A DNA stretch of 37,669 nucleotides from a virus (IMGVR_UViG_3300042191_000309:1-37669); one strand, 5' to 3'; counted from the stretch's first letter, positions 15,572 to 24,972 are shown. Notes: a model not told the origin generated them from the sequence alone. Program-made: numbers and translations.

Positions 15572-17293
15572 ATGAATATTGTAGAAAACCCGCAGTGGGA
15601 ACTAGGTATATACCAGCTTGAGACGAACGACCCAGTGATGGGTGGTGCTGAAGGAATCGACAACCTGCAGGCGAAACAGCTTGCGAACCGAACAGCATTT
15701 CTCAAACAGCAAGCGGATGCGCACGCAGCAAGTGGAGATCCTCACACGCAGTACATGACGACCGCCGAGAGTAATGCAGCCATCGCTGCTGCAGTCGCCG
15801 GGCTGGTGAATGCCAGTCCGGCCACTCTGAACACGCTGAACGAACTCGCTGCAGCTCTTGGCAACGATCCGAACTTCGCCACGACCATCGCATCTTCGCT
15901 GGCCAGCAAGCAGCCGCTGGACGCCACGCTGACAGCCATTGCTGCGATAGTCACCGCAGCCGACAAGCTCGTGTACGCAATCGGTGCGGACACGTTTTCC
16001 ACTACGACGCTCACCGCATTCGCCCGCACGCTGCTTGACGATGCCAATGCAGCCGCAGCACTCGCAACGCTCGGCGCTGCGCCGCTGGCATCACCGGGAC
16101 TGACAGGCATTCCGACCGCACCGAGCGCAGCAGCTGGAACGAACACCACCCAACTGGCCACCACGGCGTTCGTTCAGGCGGCAATTTCCGCGCTTATCGC
16201 GGCAAGCCCGGGCGCGCTGAACACGCTGAACGAACTCGCTGCAGCTCTTGGCAACGATCCGAACTTCGCCACGACCATCGCATCTTCGCTGGCCAGCAAG
16301 CAGCCGCTGGACGCCACGCTGACAGCCATTGCTGCGATAGTAACCGCAGCCGACAAGCTCGTGTACGCAACCGGTGCGGACACGTTTTCCACTACGACGC
16401 TCACCGCATTCGCCCGCACGCTGCTTGACGATGCCAATGCAGCCGCAGCGCTCGCAACGCTCGGCGCTGCGCCGCTGGCATCACCGGGACTGACAGGTAC
16501 GCCTACTGCACCGACTGCGGCAGGAGGAACTAACAATACCCAACTGGCCTCGACGGCATTTGTTCAGGAGGCAACCAGCGGATACTTGAATAAAGCCGGC
16601 CAGACAGGCGGCACATTGAACCTTACGAATGCCGAGGCAATCAACTCGGTGATCAGGTTCTCCGGCGTGCTGACTTCGAATCTGGTAGTCATCATGCCGA
16701 TCACGTTCAAGCGGCTCTGGGCTATACACAACGCCACCAGCGGATCATTCACGGTAACGGTGAAGACTGCCGCAGGAACGGGTGTCACGATTGCTCAGGG
16801 AAAGCGAAACCTTGTCTATACCGACGGTACGAACGTTCTGGACGGCTTCAATGATTTCGAATCGATAGCCATTACAGGCATTTCGACCGCACCGAGCGCA
16901 GCAGCTGGAACGAACACCACCCAACTGGCCACCACGGCGTTCGTTCAGGCGGCATTGGCAGGCGGAAAGTTCGAGCAGTCAGGAATTGCCATTACAGCGG
17001 CGGCCCAAACGTATTCTGTCGCGCACGGGCTCGGCGCAACACCGTCTGAAGCGCGCATTGATATGGTCTGTACAGCAACGGACATGGGCTATGCCGTTGG
17101 GGATGTTATTGATGCAATATCCGAGGCGTACTACGCGGCGGGCGATAACTCTAAATTGACGCTTTGGAGGAACCCTACCAACGTCGGCATTGCGTACAAC
17201 GGATCAAGGTTGAGCGTCGCACACAAGACGACATCAGCACACGCTATTGCTGATCCGACAAAATGGACGTTCACCATCAGAGCGAGCAAATAA
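15572..17293 (+). CDS. Tail fibre protein with internal repeats
   Basis: IYQLETNDPVMGG..NLQAKQLANRT N-terminus, DPHTQY, LNTLNELAAALGNDPNFATT, APLASP, TQLATTAFV fibre repeats. Confidence 0.92.
   Translation: MNIVENPQWELGIYQLETNDPVMGGAEGIDNLQAKQLANRTAFLKQQADAHAASGDPHTQYMTTAESNAAIAAAVAGLVNASPATLNTLNELAAALGNDPNFATTIASSLASKQPLDATLTAIAAIVTAADKLVYAIGADTFSTTTLTAFARTLLDDANAAAALATLGAAPLASPGLTGIPTAPSAAAGTNTTQLATTAFVQAAISALIAASPGALNTLNELAAALGNDPNFATTIASSLASKQPLDATLTAIAAIVTAADKLVYATGADTFSTTTLTAFARTLLDDANAAAALATLGAAPLASPGLTGTPTAPTAAGGTNNTQLASTAFVQEATSGYLNKAGQTGGTLNLTNAEAINSVIRFSGVLTSNLVVIMPITFKRLWAIHNATSGSFTVTVKTAAGTGVTIAQGKRNLVYTDGTNVLDGFNDFESIAITGISTAPSAAAGTNTTQLATTAFVQAALAGGKFEQSGIAITAAAQTYSVAHGLGATPSEARIDMVCTATDMGYAVGDVIDAISEAYYAAGDNSKLTLWRNPTNVGIAYNGSRLSVAHKTTSAHAIADPTKWTFTIRASK
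15827..16497 (+). repeat. 281-bp near-identical direct repeat (15827-16107 / 16217-16497)
   Basis: 390-bp in-frame offset; three substitutions seen by eye. Confidence 0.9.
16103..16954 (+). repeat. 81-bp direct repeat (16103-16183 / 16874-16954)
   Basis: One mismatch; 771-bp in-frame offset. Confidence 0.9.
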
Positions 17294-17297
17294 CCAG

Positions 17298-17328
17298 CGA
17301 ATTAAACCTTCGCCGAAGGTTTAATTCG
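17298..17328. repeat. 31-bp palindrome after the tail fibre
   Basis: CGAATTAAACCTTCG-C-CGAAGGTTTAATTCG. Confidence 0.9.
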
Positions 17329-17330
17329 AA

Positions 17331-17353
17331 GTTGTTGAAGGAGAAACCACAAC
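17331..17353 (+). promoter_or_regulatory. Ogr-type box of the F late promoter
   Basis: GTTGT-N13-ACAAC. Confidence 0.8.
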
Positions 17354-17423
17354 ACGCCCAGACAGCCACCACCATCCGCGCGAGGCATTCTAGCCACCGT
17401 TGCAACCCATTTCAGGAGATAAC

Positions 17424-18599
17424 ATGCCAGCCGACTACCACCACGGCGTTCGAGTGATCGAGATCTCGGGCGGCGTTCGTCCCATTCGCACCATTTCCAC
17501 CGCCGTCATCGGCCTTGTCGCCACCTCGTCCGACGCTGATGCCGCCGCCTTCCCGCTCGACACCCCCGTACTGCTCACCTCCGTGCTGGCCGGTATCGCC
17601 AAAGCGGGCACGCTGGGCTCGCTGGCCAAGGCGCTCGACGCGATCGCAGACCAGACCAATGCACTGGTCGTCGTGGTGCGCGTCGCTGATGGCGTTGGCG
17701 CGGACGATGCCGCCAAGCTCGCAGACCAAAACACCAATGTGATCGGCACCGTCACCGCGGGCGGCCAATACACCGGCATGAAAGCCCTGCTGGCCGCCCA
17801 GGCCAAGGTCGGCGTCAAGCCGCGCATCCTCGGCTGCCCCGGTCTCGACACCCTGCCGGTCGCCACCGAGCTGGCCGGCATTGCGCAGAAGCTGCGCGCC
17901 TTCGCTTACGTCAGCGCTTGGGGCGCAGCCACCAAGGAAGAGGCTACCCTGTACCGCGCTAACTTCGGCCAGCGCGAAGTCATGGTCATCTGGCCCAACT
18001 TCATCGGCAGCGACGCGGCAGAAGCGCCGGCCGTCGCCCGCGCGCTTGGGCTCCGCGCCAAGCTGGACGAAGAGATCGGCTGGCACAAGACCATCTCCAA
18101 CATTCCCGTCAACGGCGTGATCGGCATCAGTAAGGACGTATTCTGGGACCTGCAGGATCCCGCCACCGACGCCGGATACCTGAACGCAGACGAAGTCACC
18201 ACCCTCATCCGCCACGAAGGCTTCCGCTTCTGGGGTTCCCGCACCTGCTCCGTCGATCCGCTGTTCGCTTTCGAAAACTACACCCGCACCGCACAAGTGC
18301 TGGCCGACACCATGGCCGAGGCGCACTTCTGGGCGACCGACCTGCCGCTGAACCCCAGCCTCGCCCGCGACATCATCGAGGGCGTCAACGCCAAGTTCCG
18401 CGAACTGATCCGCCTGGGCTACCTCATCGGCGGCAGCGCCTGGTACGACCCGGACGTGAACTCCGAAGTCACACTCAAGGCAGGCAAGCTGTACATCGAC
18501 TACGACTACACGCCGGTGCCGCCGCTGGAGAACCTCATGTTCCAGCAGCGCATCACCGACCGCTACCTGGCCGACTTCGCAGCCGCCATCGGCGCCTAA
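17424..18599 (+). CDS. FI: Tail sheath (P2 FI)
   Basis: [49 protein letters not shown]. Confidence 0.96.
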   Translation: MPADYHHGVRVIEISGGVRPIRTISTAVIGLVATSSDADAAAFPLDTPVLLTSVLAGIAKAGTLGSLAKALDAIADQTNALVVVVRVADGVGADDAAKLADQNTNVIGTVTAGGQYTGMKALLAAQAKVGVKPRILGCPGLDTLPVATELAGIAQKLRAFAYVSAWGAATKEEATLYRANFGQREVMVIWPNFIGSDAAEAPAVARALGLRAKLDEEIGWHKTISNIPVNGVIGISKDVFWDLQDPATDAGYLNADEVTTLIRHEGFRFWGSRTCSVDPLFAFENYTRTAQVLADTMAEAHFWATDLPLNPSLARDIIEGVNAKFRELIRLGYLIGGSAWYDPDVNSEVTLKAGKLYIDYDYTPVPPLENLMFQQRITDRYLADFAAAIGA

Positions 18600-18624
18600 C
18601 CCGGACAACTGAAAGGAACCCATC

Positions 18625-19137
18625 ATGGCACTGCCAAGCGTCCTCAAAAACTTCAACCTCTTCAACGATGCCAAGAGCTACCTGGGCGTGGCCGAAGAAA
18701 TCAAACTGCCCAAGCTCTCCCGCAAGCTGGAAGACTTCCGCGGCGGCGGCATGAATGGCCCGGTCGGCATCGACCTTGGCCAAGAAAAGCTGGAAATGGA
18801 ATTCGGCTGCGGCGGCATCATGGAACAAGTGTTCGAGCAGTACGGCACCACCAAGGTGGACGGCGTGATGCTGCGCTTCGCCGGTGCCTACCAGCGCGAC
18901 GACACCGCCCAGGTGCAAGCTGTCGAGGTCGTAGTGCGCGGCCGCCATGCGGAACTCGATATGGGTGACGCCAAGGGCGGCGACAAAGGCAAGCTCACCG
19001 TCAAATCCGCCCTAACCTACTACAAGCTCACCATCGACAACAAAGTGAAGATCGAGATCGACCTGCTCAACATGATCGAAGTCGTCAACGGCAAAGACAT
19101 GCTGCAGGAGCAGCGCAAAGCCATCGGCATGGCGTAA
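18625..19137 (+). CDS. FII: Tail tube (P2 FII)
   Basis: MALPSVLKNFNLF, RGGGMNG, LRFAGAYQRDDT, TYYKL. Confidence 0.96.
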   Translation: MALPSVLKNFNLFNDAKSYLGVAEEIKLPKLSRKLEDFRGGGMNGPVGIDLGQEKLEMEFGCGGIMEQVFEQYGTTKVDGVMLRFAGAYQRDDTAQVQAVEVVVRGRHAELDMGDAKGGDKGKLTVKSALTYYKLTIDNKVKIEIDLLNMIEVVNGKDMLQEQRKAIGMA

Positions 19138-19245
19138 CTGATACACCCCGAGACACAGCCCGGCGAAGCGGCGTAGCTGGGAGGAAGAACATCAGGGCGC
19201 CCACCGCAACAAGGGCGCCCTTAATCATTCAGGAGACTACAGACC

Positions 19246-19551
19246 ATGAGCAAGATCACCACCGAAAACAGCATCACCCTCGACACTCCGATCAAGCGCG
19301 GCAGCGATAGCATCACGTCCATCGAGCTGCGCAAACCGAACGCAGGGGAACTGCGCGGCCTCAACCTCACCGACCTGCTGCAAATGGACGTGACGGCATT
19401 GCAGCGCGTCCTGCCGCGCATCTCCACACCCACCCTGACCGAAGCCGAAGTCTCCGCGATGGATGTCGCTGACCTTGTTCAATGCGGGGCGACGGTGATG
19501 GGTTTTTTGCTCTCGAAGGGCAAAACGCCCACGGAATTCCCCCAAAAGTAG
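19246..19551 (+). CDS. E: Tail assembly chaperone (P2 gpE)
   Basis: ITLDTPIKRG, LRKPNAGELRGL, VLPRISTPTLT. Confidence 0.93.
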   Translation: MSKITTENSITLDTPIKRGSDSITSIELRKPNAGELRGLNLTDLLQMDVTALQRVLPRISTPTLTEAEVSAMDVADLVQCGATVMGFLLSKGKTPTEFPQK

Positions 19552-19679
19552 AAAGCGCCATGGCGGACATTGCTGCCATATTCCATTGGTCACCGAACGA
19601 CATGGCCGCTATGAGCATAGGCGAGCTGATGGAATGGCGTGAGCAAGCCAGGCAACGTAGCGGAGCGGACGAATCATGA
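19503..19679 (+). CDS. gpE' extension produced by -1 frameshift (E+E')
   Basis: P2-type slippery TTTTTTG at 19503-19509; -1 frame reads MADIAAIFHWSP...ELMEWREQARQRS. Confidence 0.88.
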   Translation, partial: FFALEGQNAHGIPPKVESAMADIAAIFHWSPNDMAAMSIGELMEWREQARQRSGADES

Positions 19680-22075
19680 GCATGGACAAACTTCAACTGA
19701 TGGTGCGGCTCGGGCTTGCTGAAAAAGTCATTAAGCCGCTCAAGGACATCAAGATCGGCGCCGGGGCAACAGCCAAAGCGTTCAACGAAGTAAAAGCCAA
19801 ACTCAAAGAATTGAACGATGAGCAGGGCAAGATCAACCGCTTTACCAAAACAGTTGAAGCGGCGCGCGAGGCCTCGGCGGCTTACAAAAAACAGAAGGAT
19901 GCCCTCGGTGAGCTAACCGGAAAACTGCAGGCCGCCAAGGCCGCTCAGGCCGATATGACTGGCGCTGTCAAAGTGGCGCGCGCAGAGCACAAGCGTCTAT
20001 TCGATGCCGTGAAACGCAATGACCAAACGCCGGGGTTGATGTCTAACTACCTCCAGTCAAAAGCGGCTCTGGAGAAGATGGAAGGCGGCTACAATCGTGC
20101 GAAGAATGCCACACGCAGGTTGCAGGAAGAAATCAAGTCAGAGAACCGGGAGCTTGATGCAGCGAAGCGCCGCAAAGACACCTACACGGACACGCTGAAA
20201 CGCATCTCAACTGGGCTGAAGGATGCGGGCATTGGAACCAAGAACCTCACTGAACGAAACGCCAAGCTGACTGCATCCATCGCCGCCGCCAACGCCGTTG
20301 CCGAAAAGCACGGCAAGACCCTGCAGCGCTTGTCCGCGATCAATGCCAACTACGACAAGAGCATTGCTCTGCGCAACAAGTGGGCCATGGCCGGTGCGAC
20401 CACGATGGCCGCTGGCGTAGCTGTTGGAACGCCGATCATGAAAACCGTCAGGGAATTCGCCATTGCCGAAGAAGCCGCCACCCAGCTCAAGGTCGCAATG
20501 ATGAAGGTTGGCGGCAAGGTGCCGGAGGAATTCAAGCGCATCAACGAGCTGGCCAGCGAGCTTGGAAACAGGCTACCGGGCACCACCGCCGACTACCAGA
20601 ACATGATGACCATGCTCATCCGTCAGGGCATGCCCGCAGAGCGGATCATTGGTGGTCTGGGCAAGGCCACGGCTTACCTTGGTGTGCAGCTCAGGATGCC
20701 GATGGAAGCCGCTGCCGAATTCTCTTCCAAGCTGCAAGACGCCACCCGCACGTCGAACGACGAGATGATGGGGCTGATGGATACCATCCAGCGCGTCTCC
20801 TATCTCGGGGTGGAAAGCGACAACATGCTGCAGGCCTTCACCAAGCTGTCGCCCGCACTCTCGATGATCAAGAAGCAAGGACTCGAAGCCGCCAACGCAT
20901 TCGCCCCGCTGATCGTGATGGCAGACCAGGCAGGTATGCGCGGTGAAGCGGTGGGCAACGCCTACCGCAAGGTGTTCCAGTTCGCGCTGGACGCCAAGAA
21001 GCTGGGCAAAGCCAATGATGCCCTTGCAGGCACAGGAATTGGCCTTGATTTCAGCAACGGCAAGGGCGAATTCGGCGGCATGGACAAGTTGTTCGCCAAC
21101 CTGAACAAGCTCAAGTCACTGAGCACAATGAAGCGCAACAGCGTCATCAAGGAACTATTCGGTGACGACGCCGAGACGCTGCAAGTCGTCTCGCTCTTGA
21201 TCGACAAAGGCAAGGCCGGATATGAAGACGTGCAGGCCAAGATGGCCGCGCAGGCCGACATCCAGCGCCGTGTGAACGAACAACTTGGCACGCTCAGTCA
21301 ATTGTGGGATGCCGCTAGCGGGACGTTCACCAATGCCATGGTGGCATGGGGTGAGTCCATCTCGCCCGAACTCAAAGCCGTCACTAAATGGATACAGGAA
21401 ATGTCCGAGAAGTTGGGGAACTTCGCCAAAGAACATCCGGGCTTGACAAGCGTACTCATGAAAACGGCAGCAGTATTTGGGGGATTGCTGGTGTTGGGCG
21501 GTGGTTTCCTGATCGCGGTGTCGGCGATTCTCGGGCCGTTGGCTATTCTGCGGTTCGGATTCTCACTGGCAGCAGTAAACGGTTACAAAATGTGGCAGAT
21601 GCTCAAGGTGGTTTTCATGTTCCTGCGCGCCAACCCGATAATTGCCGCCATAAGCCTGCTGGCAGCGGCTGCATTCATGATTTATGACAACTGGGCACCG
21701 ATCAAGGAATTTTTCAGCAACCTATGGGACGGGATCACCGAAAAATTCATGACGGTAGTGGAATGGTTCAAGGAAAAGCTTGCCTTCCTGAAGCCACTGA
21801 TCGATGTATTCCTCGCGCCCGCAAAACTAATGCTGGCATTGGGTGTTGGAGTTGCAAATGTGGCACAGGGACAGCCCGTCACTGTCGACAACAGCCCGCC
21901 CATCACTGCGCCTGCTGCGCGTGGCGGCAACAGCACCTTCGCCCCTACGCTGACCATCCACGCCGCCCCCGGCATGAACGAGCAGCAGCTCGCCAACCTG
22001 GTCACCCGCGAGATAGAGCGCGTCGACCGCGAGCGCGCTGCCAAGGCGCGCAGCAGCCTCAAAGACAGGAGCTAG
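19676..22075 (+). CDS. T: Tape measure protein (P2 gpT)
   Basis: 799 aa, helical, TP901-type core (LGNRLPGTTADY), ANPI/YDNW motifs, position after E/E'. Confidence 0.93.
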   Translation: MSMDKLQLMVRLGLAEKVIKPLKDIKIGAGATAKAFNEVKAKLKELNDEQGKINRFTKTVEAAREASAAYKKQKDALGELTGKLQAAKAAQADMTGAVKVARAEHKRLFDAVKRNDQTPGLMSNYLQSKAALEKMEGGYNRAKNATRRLQEEIKSENRELDAAKRRKDTYTDTLKRISTGLKDAGIGTKNLTERNAKLTASIAAANAVAEKHGKTLQRLSAINANYDKSIALRNKWAMAGATTMAAGVAVGTPIMKTVREFAIAEEAATQLKVAMMKVGGKVPEEFKRINELASELGNRLPGTTADYQNMMTMLIRQGMPAERIIGGLGKATAYLGVQLRMPMEAAAEFSSKLQDATRTSNDEMMGLMDTIQRVSYLGVESDNMLQAFTKLSPALSMIKKQGLEAANAFAPLIVMADQAGMRGEAVGNAYRKVFQFALDAKKLGKANDALAGTGIGLDFSNGKGEFGGMDKLFANLNKLKSLSTMKRNSVIKELFGDDAETLQVVSLLIDKGKAGYEDVQAKMAAQADIQRRVNEQLGTLSQLWDAASGTFTNAMVAWGESISPELKAVTKWIQEMSEKLGNFAKEHPGLTSVLMKTAAVFGGLLVLGGGFLIAVSAILGPLAILRFGFSLAAVNGYKMWQMLKVVFMFLRANPIIAAISLLAAAAFMIYDNWAPIKEFFSNLWDGITEKFMTVVEWFKEKLAFLKPLIDVFLAPAKLMLALGVGVANVAQGQPVTVDNSPPITAPAARGGNSTFAPTLTIHAAPGMNEQQLANLVTREIERVDRERAAKARSSLKDRS

Positions 22076-22078
22076 CCC

Positions 22079-22525
22079 ATGTTCCAGCGATCCTCCGTCA
22101 TGATGGCGCTCGGCATCTTCGTGTTCGGCCTCGACACCGTCCCCTACCAGCAGCTCCAGCGCCAGACCACATGGCGGCATCCGTCCAATTCACGCGTCGG
22201 CCGGCGCCCTGCCCGCCAGTTCGCCGGACCAGGTGACGACACCATCACCCTGAGCGGCACCCTCTATCCAGAGCTCACGGGCGGCAAGGTATCGCTGGCC
22301 CTGCTGCGCTTCATGGCCGACAGCGGCAAGGCCTGGCCGCTGATCGAGGGCACCGGCTACATCTACGGCCTCTACGTGGTCGAGGATGTCTCCGAGACGA
22401 ATAGTCTTTTCTTTTCGGACGGCGCTGCCCGCAAGATCGACTTCACCATCAAGCTCACCCGCGTGGACGACGACGTGCCCGAGATCGTCGGCGTCGCCAC
22501 CAGCGCACTGGTCTCGATGCTGTGA
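22079..22525 (+). CDS. U: Tail protein U
   Basis: MMALGIFVF, WRHPSNSRVG, ITLSGTLYPELTGG, DGAARKIDF. Confidence 0.94.
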   Translation: MFQRSSVMMALGIFVFGLDTVPYQQLQRQTTWRHPSNSRVGRRPARQFAGPGDDTITLSGTLYPELTGGKVSLALLRFMADSGKAWPLIEGTGYIYGLYVVEDVSETNSLFFSDGAARKIDFTIKLTRVDDDVPEIVGVATSALVSML

Positions 22526-23613
22526 ACTTCGGCGAATCCTACAAGAGGCCGATCTACCGCCTGCAGGTGGACGGCAAAGACATCACCACCACCGTGCAAG
22601 GCCGCCTCATCAGCCTCACGCTGACCGACAACCCCGGATTCGATGCGGACCAGCTCGACATCGTGCTGGACGACAGCGACGGCAAGCTCGAGCTGCCGCC
22701 CAAGGGCGCAACGGTATCGGTCGCCATCGGCTGGGCAGATAGCGGGCTGGTTGAAAAAGGCACCTACACGGCGGACGAGGTCGGCCATTCGGGCACACCG
22801 GACAAACTCACCATCCGCGCACGCAGCGCAGACCTGCGCGCAGGCCTTAGCACCCAGAAGGAACGCTCCTGGCATGCCACCACCATCGGCGCAATCGTAG
22901 ATGCCATCGCAGCGAACAACGAGTTGAAGCCCATGGTGTCGGACGCGATGCGCACCATCGCCATCAAACACATCGACCAGACCAACGAATCCGACATCAG
23001 CTTCCTCACCCGGCTGGCGGGCATGCACGATGCCATCGCCACGGTCAAGAACGGCAAGCTGATGTTCATCCATGCAGGCGGCGCCGTCAGCGCCAGCGGC
23101 AAGGCACTCCCGGCGATCACCATCACCAGGCAATCGGGCGATCAACACGACTTCAACGTCGCAGACCGAGAGTCGTACACCCACGTCAAAGCAACCTGGA
23201 ACGACCTCGGCGCCGGTGGTAAGGGGGAAATCCTGTGGGGTAAACTGGAAGAGGATCAGGAACTCGCCAAGGCTGTGCGCAGCCCGGTCAAGTCCAAAGC
23301 GCCCAAGGTGGCAATCGATGCCGGTGGTGGAAACATAAAGGTGCTGCGCCACGTCTATGCCAGCGCATCCTCGGCAAAGCACGCTGCCCGTGCGGCATGG
23401 CGTCGCATCCAGCGCGGCATGGCGGAATTCACCCTCACCCTCGCCCATGGTCAACCCGACCTGATGCCGGAGCTGCCAGCCACCGTGCAGGGGTGGAAGA
23501 AGAACATCGACAGCACCGACTGGATCCTCGGTCCGGTCACCCACAACCTCAACGACAACGGATACACCACGCAGATCGCGCTGGAGATCAGGGCGACGGA
23601 GATTCCGGGTTAG
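22522..23613 (+). CDS. D: Baseplate hub / late control protein D
   Basis: RLISLTLTDN, DQLDIVLDDSDG, HIDQTNESDISFLTRL, GYTTQIALE. Confidence 0.94.
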   Translation: MNFGESYKRPIYRLQVDGKDITTTVQGRLISLTLTDNPGFDADQLDIVLDDSDGKLELPPKGATVSVAIGWADSGLVEKGTYTADEVGHSGTPDKLTIRARSADLRAGLSTQKERSWHATTIGAIVDAIAANNELKPMVSDAMRTIAIKHIDQTNESDISFLTRLAGMHDAIATVKNGKLMFIHAGGAVSASGKALPAITITRQSGDQHDFNVADRESYTHVKATWNDLGAGGKGEILWGKLEEDQELAKAVRSPVKSKAPKVAIDAGGGNIKVLRHVYASASSAKHAARAAWRRIQRGMAEFTLTLAHGQPDLMPELPATVQGWKKNIDSTDWILGPVTHNLNDNGYTTQIALEIRATEIPG

Positions 23614-24095
23614 CGTTTGTTGTGCCGCCACTCCCACGGCGGCATAGGATCATCGTCGGCCCATAGCCCTACCCTCTCGGCTCTGGCTGTTTCCTCTGCG
23701 GTTCCGTACTGCTCGCGTTGCGCCGGCGTCTGCTCACGCTGGTATTGCTTGTAGTGCCATGCCAGACCAGCGCGCAGCAGCGTCAATCCGGCATCCTGCC
23801 CGTCCACCATCACCACGCCTATCGTCCGGCCATAGCGGTCACGCTTGCTCCACTCCACCACAACGTCCTTGCCGTACACCAGATCGGACATCATCGCTTT
23901 GGCCTTCTGTCCGAAGGCCTGCTTTTTCTCGGGGGCATCAATGCCGGAGATACGCACCTTGTACTGGTCGCGCTCGCTCACCAGCACCGTCACCGTGTCG
24001 CCATCGGAGACACCTACAACGCGCCCGGAAAAAGAATCGCCCCAGCAGATGGCCGGGGCGAGTAGCGCGAGGATGACGATGAGCACGCGATTCAT
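23610..24095 (-). CDS. Secreted thermonuclease (SNase family)
   Basis: Signal peptide; VSDGDTV, RISGIDAPEKKQAFG, DRYGR, GLAWHY, GLWAD..PPWEWR. Confidence 0.93.
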   Translation of the reverse strand: MNRVLIVILALLAPAICWGDSFSGRVVGVSDGDTVTVLVSERDQYKVRISGIDAPEKKQAFGQKAKAMMSDLVYGKDVVVEWSKRDRYGRTIGVVMVDGQDAGLTLLRAGLAWHYKQYQREQTPAQREQYGTAEETARAERVGLWADDDPMPPWEWRHNKR

Positions 24096-24096
24096 T

Positions 24097-24546
24097 TCAC
24101 CATTTATTCCGTTGCCAAACATCCTCGTAAGTCCCATCCGCATCGACTATCAGCTTCGGTTCCGCAAGCGCAGTGCCAACATCCCGCAACACCCTCTGAT
24201 TATCTGGCGTGCTGCTGCGGTAATTTGCAATTAGTGCAGATTCCTCTGGTTTTAATTTTTTCTGATTGAATATGACATATTCAACATCGAACCCAACTCT
24301 GTGCATCGCGCCGATGATCGCCGGAGTCATCCATTTGGGGTCATTCCTTCTGTGGGACGGCGAGTTAAGTACCTTCCACTTGACGCAAAGACTTTTCGCC
24401 AAATCCTGGGCAGTTATTTTTTCCTCATTCATTATCCGAACAAACTCAAGATCGAAACGTATCCAGGTTGAATCCTCTTCCGTTACCAGACCGGGCTCTT
24501 GATAAGCATAAAACACCTCATGCACCTGCACTGGCTTGTCAGACAT
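24097..24546 (-). CDS. Diverged paralogue of the adjacent repressor
   Basis: GFDVEYVI / LKPEESALIANYR / DVGTALA align with repressor GADVLYVL / LSPDEAALLDNFR / DVASALA. Confidence 0.7.
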   Translation of the reverse strand: MSDKPVQVHEVFYAYQEPGLVTEEDSTWIRFDLEFVRIMNEEKITAQDLAKSLCVKWKVLNSPSHRRNDPKWMTPAIIGAMHRVGFDVEYVIFNQKKLKPEESALIANYRSSTPDNQRVLRDVGTALAEPKLIVDADGTYEDVWQRNKW

Positions 24547-24895
24547 CACCAGCCTTCTTTTTATCGCCATGAGCCGACGCCAAAGCGGAAGCAACATCAA
24601 TCAGCGAGAACTTGCGCGCGGGGGGTATTGCTCGAAAGTTATCAAGAAGCGCCGCCTCATCTGGAGACAACACGTATTCGGTACCAGACGCATGCTGCCC
24701 CGTTAGTACGTAAAGAACATCGGCTCCGGCTTCCGCAAAGCGTGACAGGAACTCCGCGTCAGGGCTTCGCTTGCCACTTTCGTAGTTATGCACAGAGCCA
24801 AGCGAAACATTGAGTTTTTCAGCCAGGGCGGCCTGATTTTGATACCCAAGGTTCTTTCGCTCCTCTTTTATGCGTCCACCTATTTGCTCGTTCAT
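24539..24895 (-). CDS. Prophage repressor (XRE HTH)
   Basis: IGGRIKEERKNLG..QAALAEKLNVSLGSVHNYESGKRSPDAEFL; divergent from the early operon. Confidence 0.9.
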   Translation of the reverse strand: MNEQIGGRIKEERKNLGYQNQAALAEKLNVSLGSVHNYESGKRSPDAEFLSRFAEAGADVLYVLTGQHASGTEYVLSPDEAALLDNFRAIPPARKFSLIDVASALASAHGDKKKAGDV

Positions 24896-24905
24896 ATAAA
24901 TTTTC

Positions 24906-24934
24906 TTGACAATTTGCACGAATGTGCAAATAAT
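24906..24934 (+). promoter_or_regulatory. Early lytic sigma70 promoter with embedded operator
   Basis: TTGACA-17-AATAAT; palindrome ATTTGCAC-GAAT-GTGCAAAT (24912-24931) fills the spacer. Confidence 0.8.
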
Positions 24935-24972
24935 GCACGTGTGACACTCAATAGTTAACCGTATACCAGAAC

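Noticed and set aside
15572-17330. Diversity-generating retroelement or invertible fibre cassette
   Set aside because: No reverse transcriptase or invertase; repeats are direct, in-frame and lack adenine-specific mismatches
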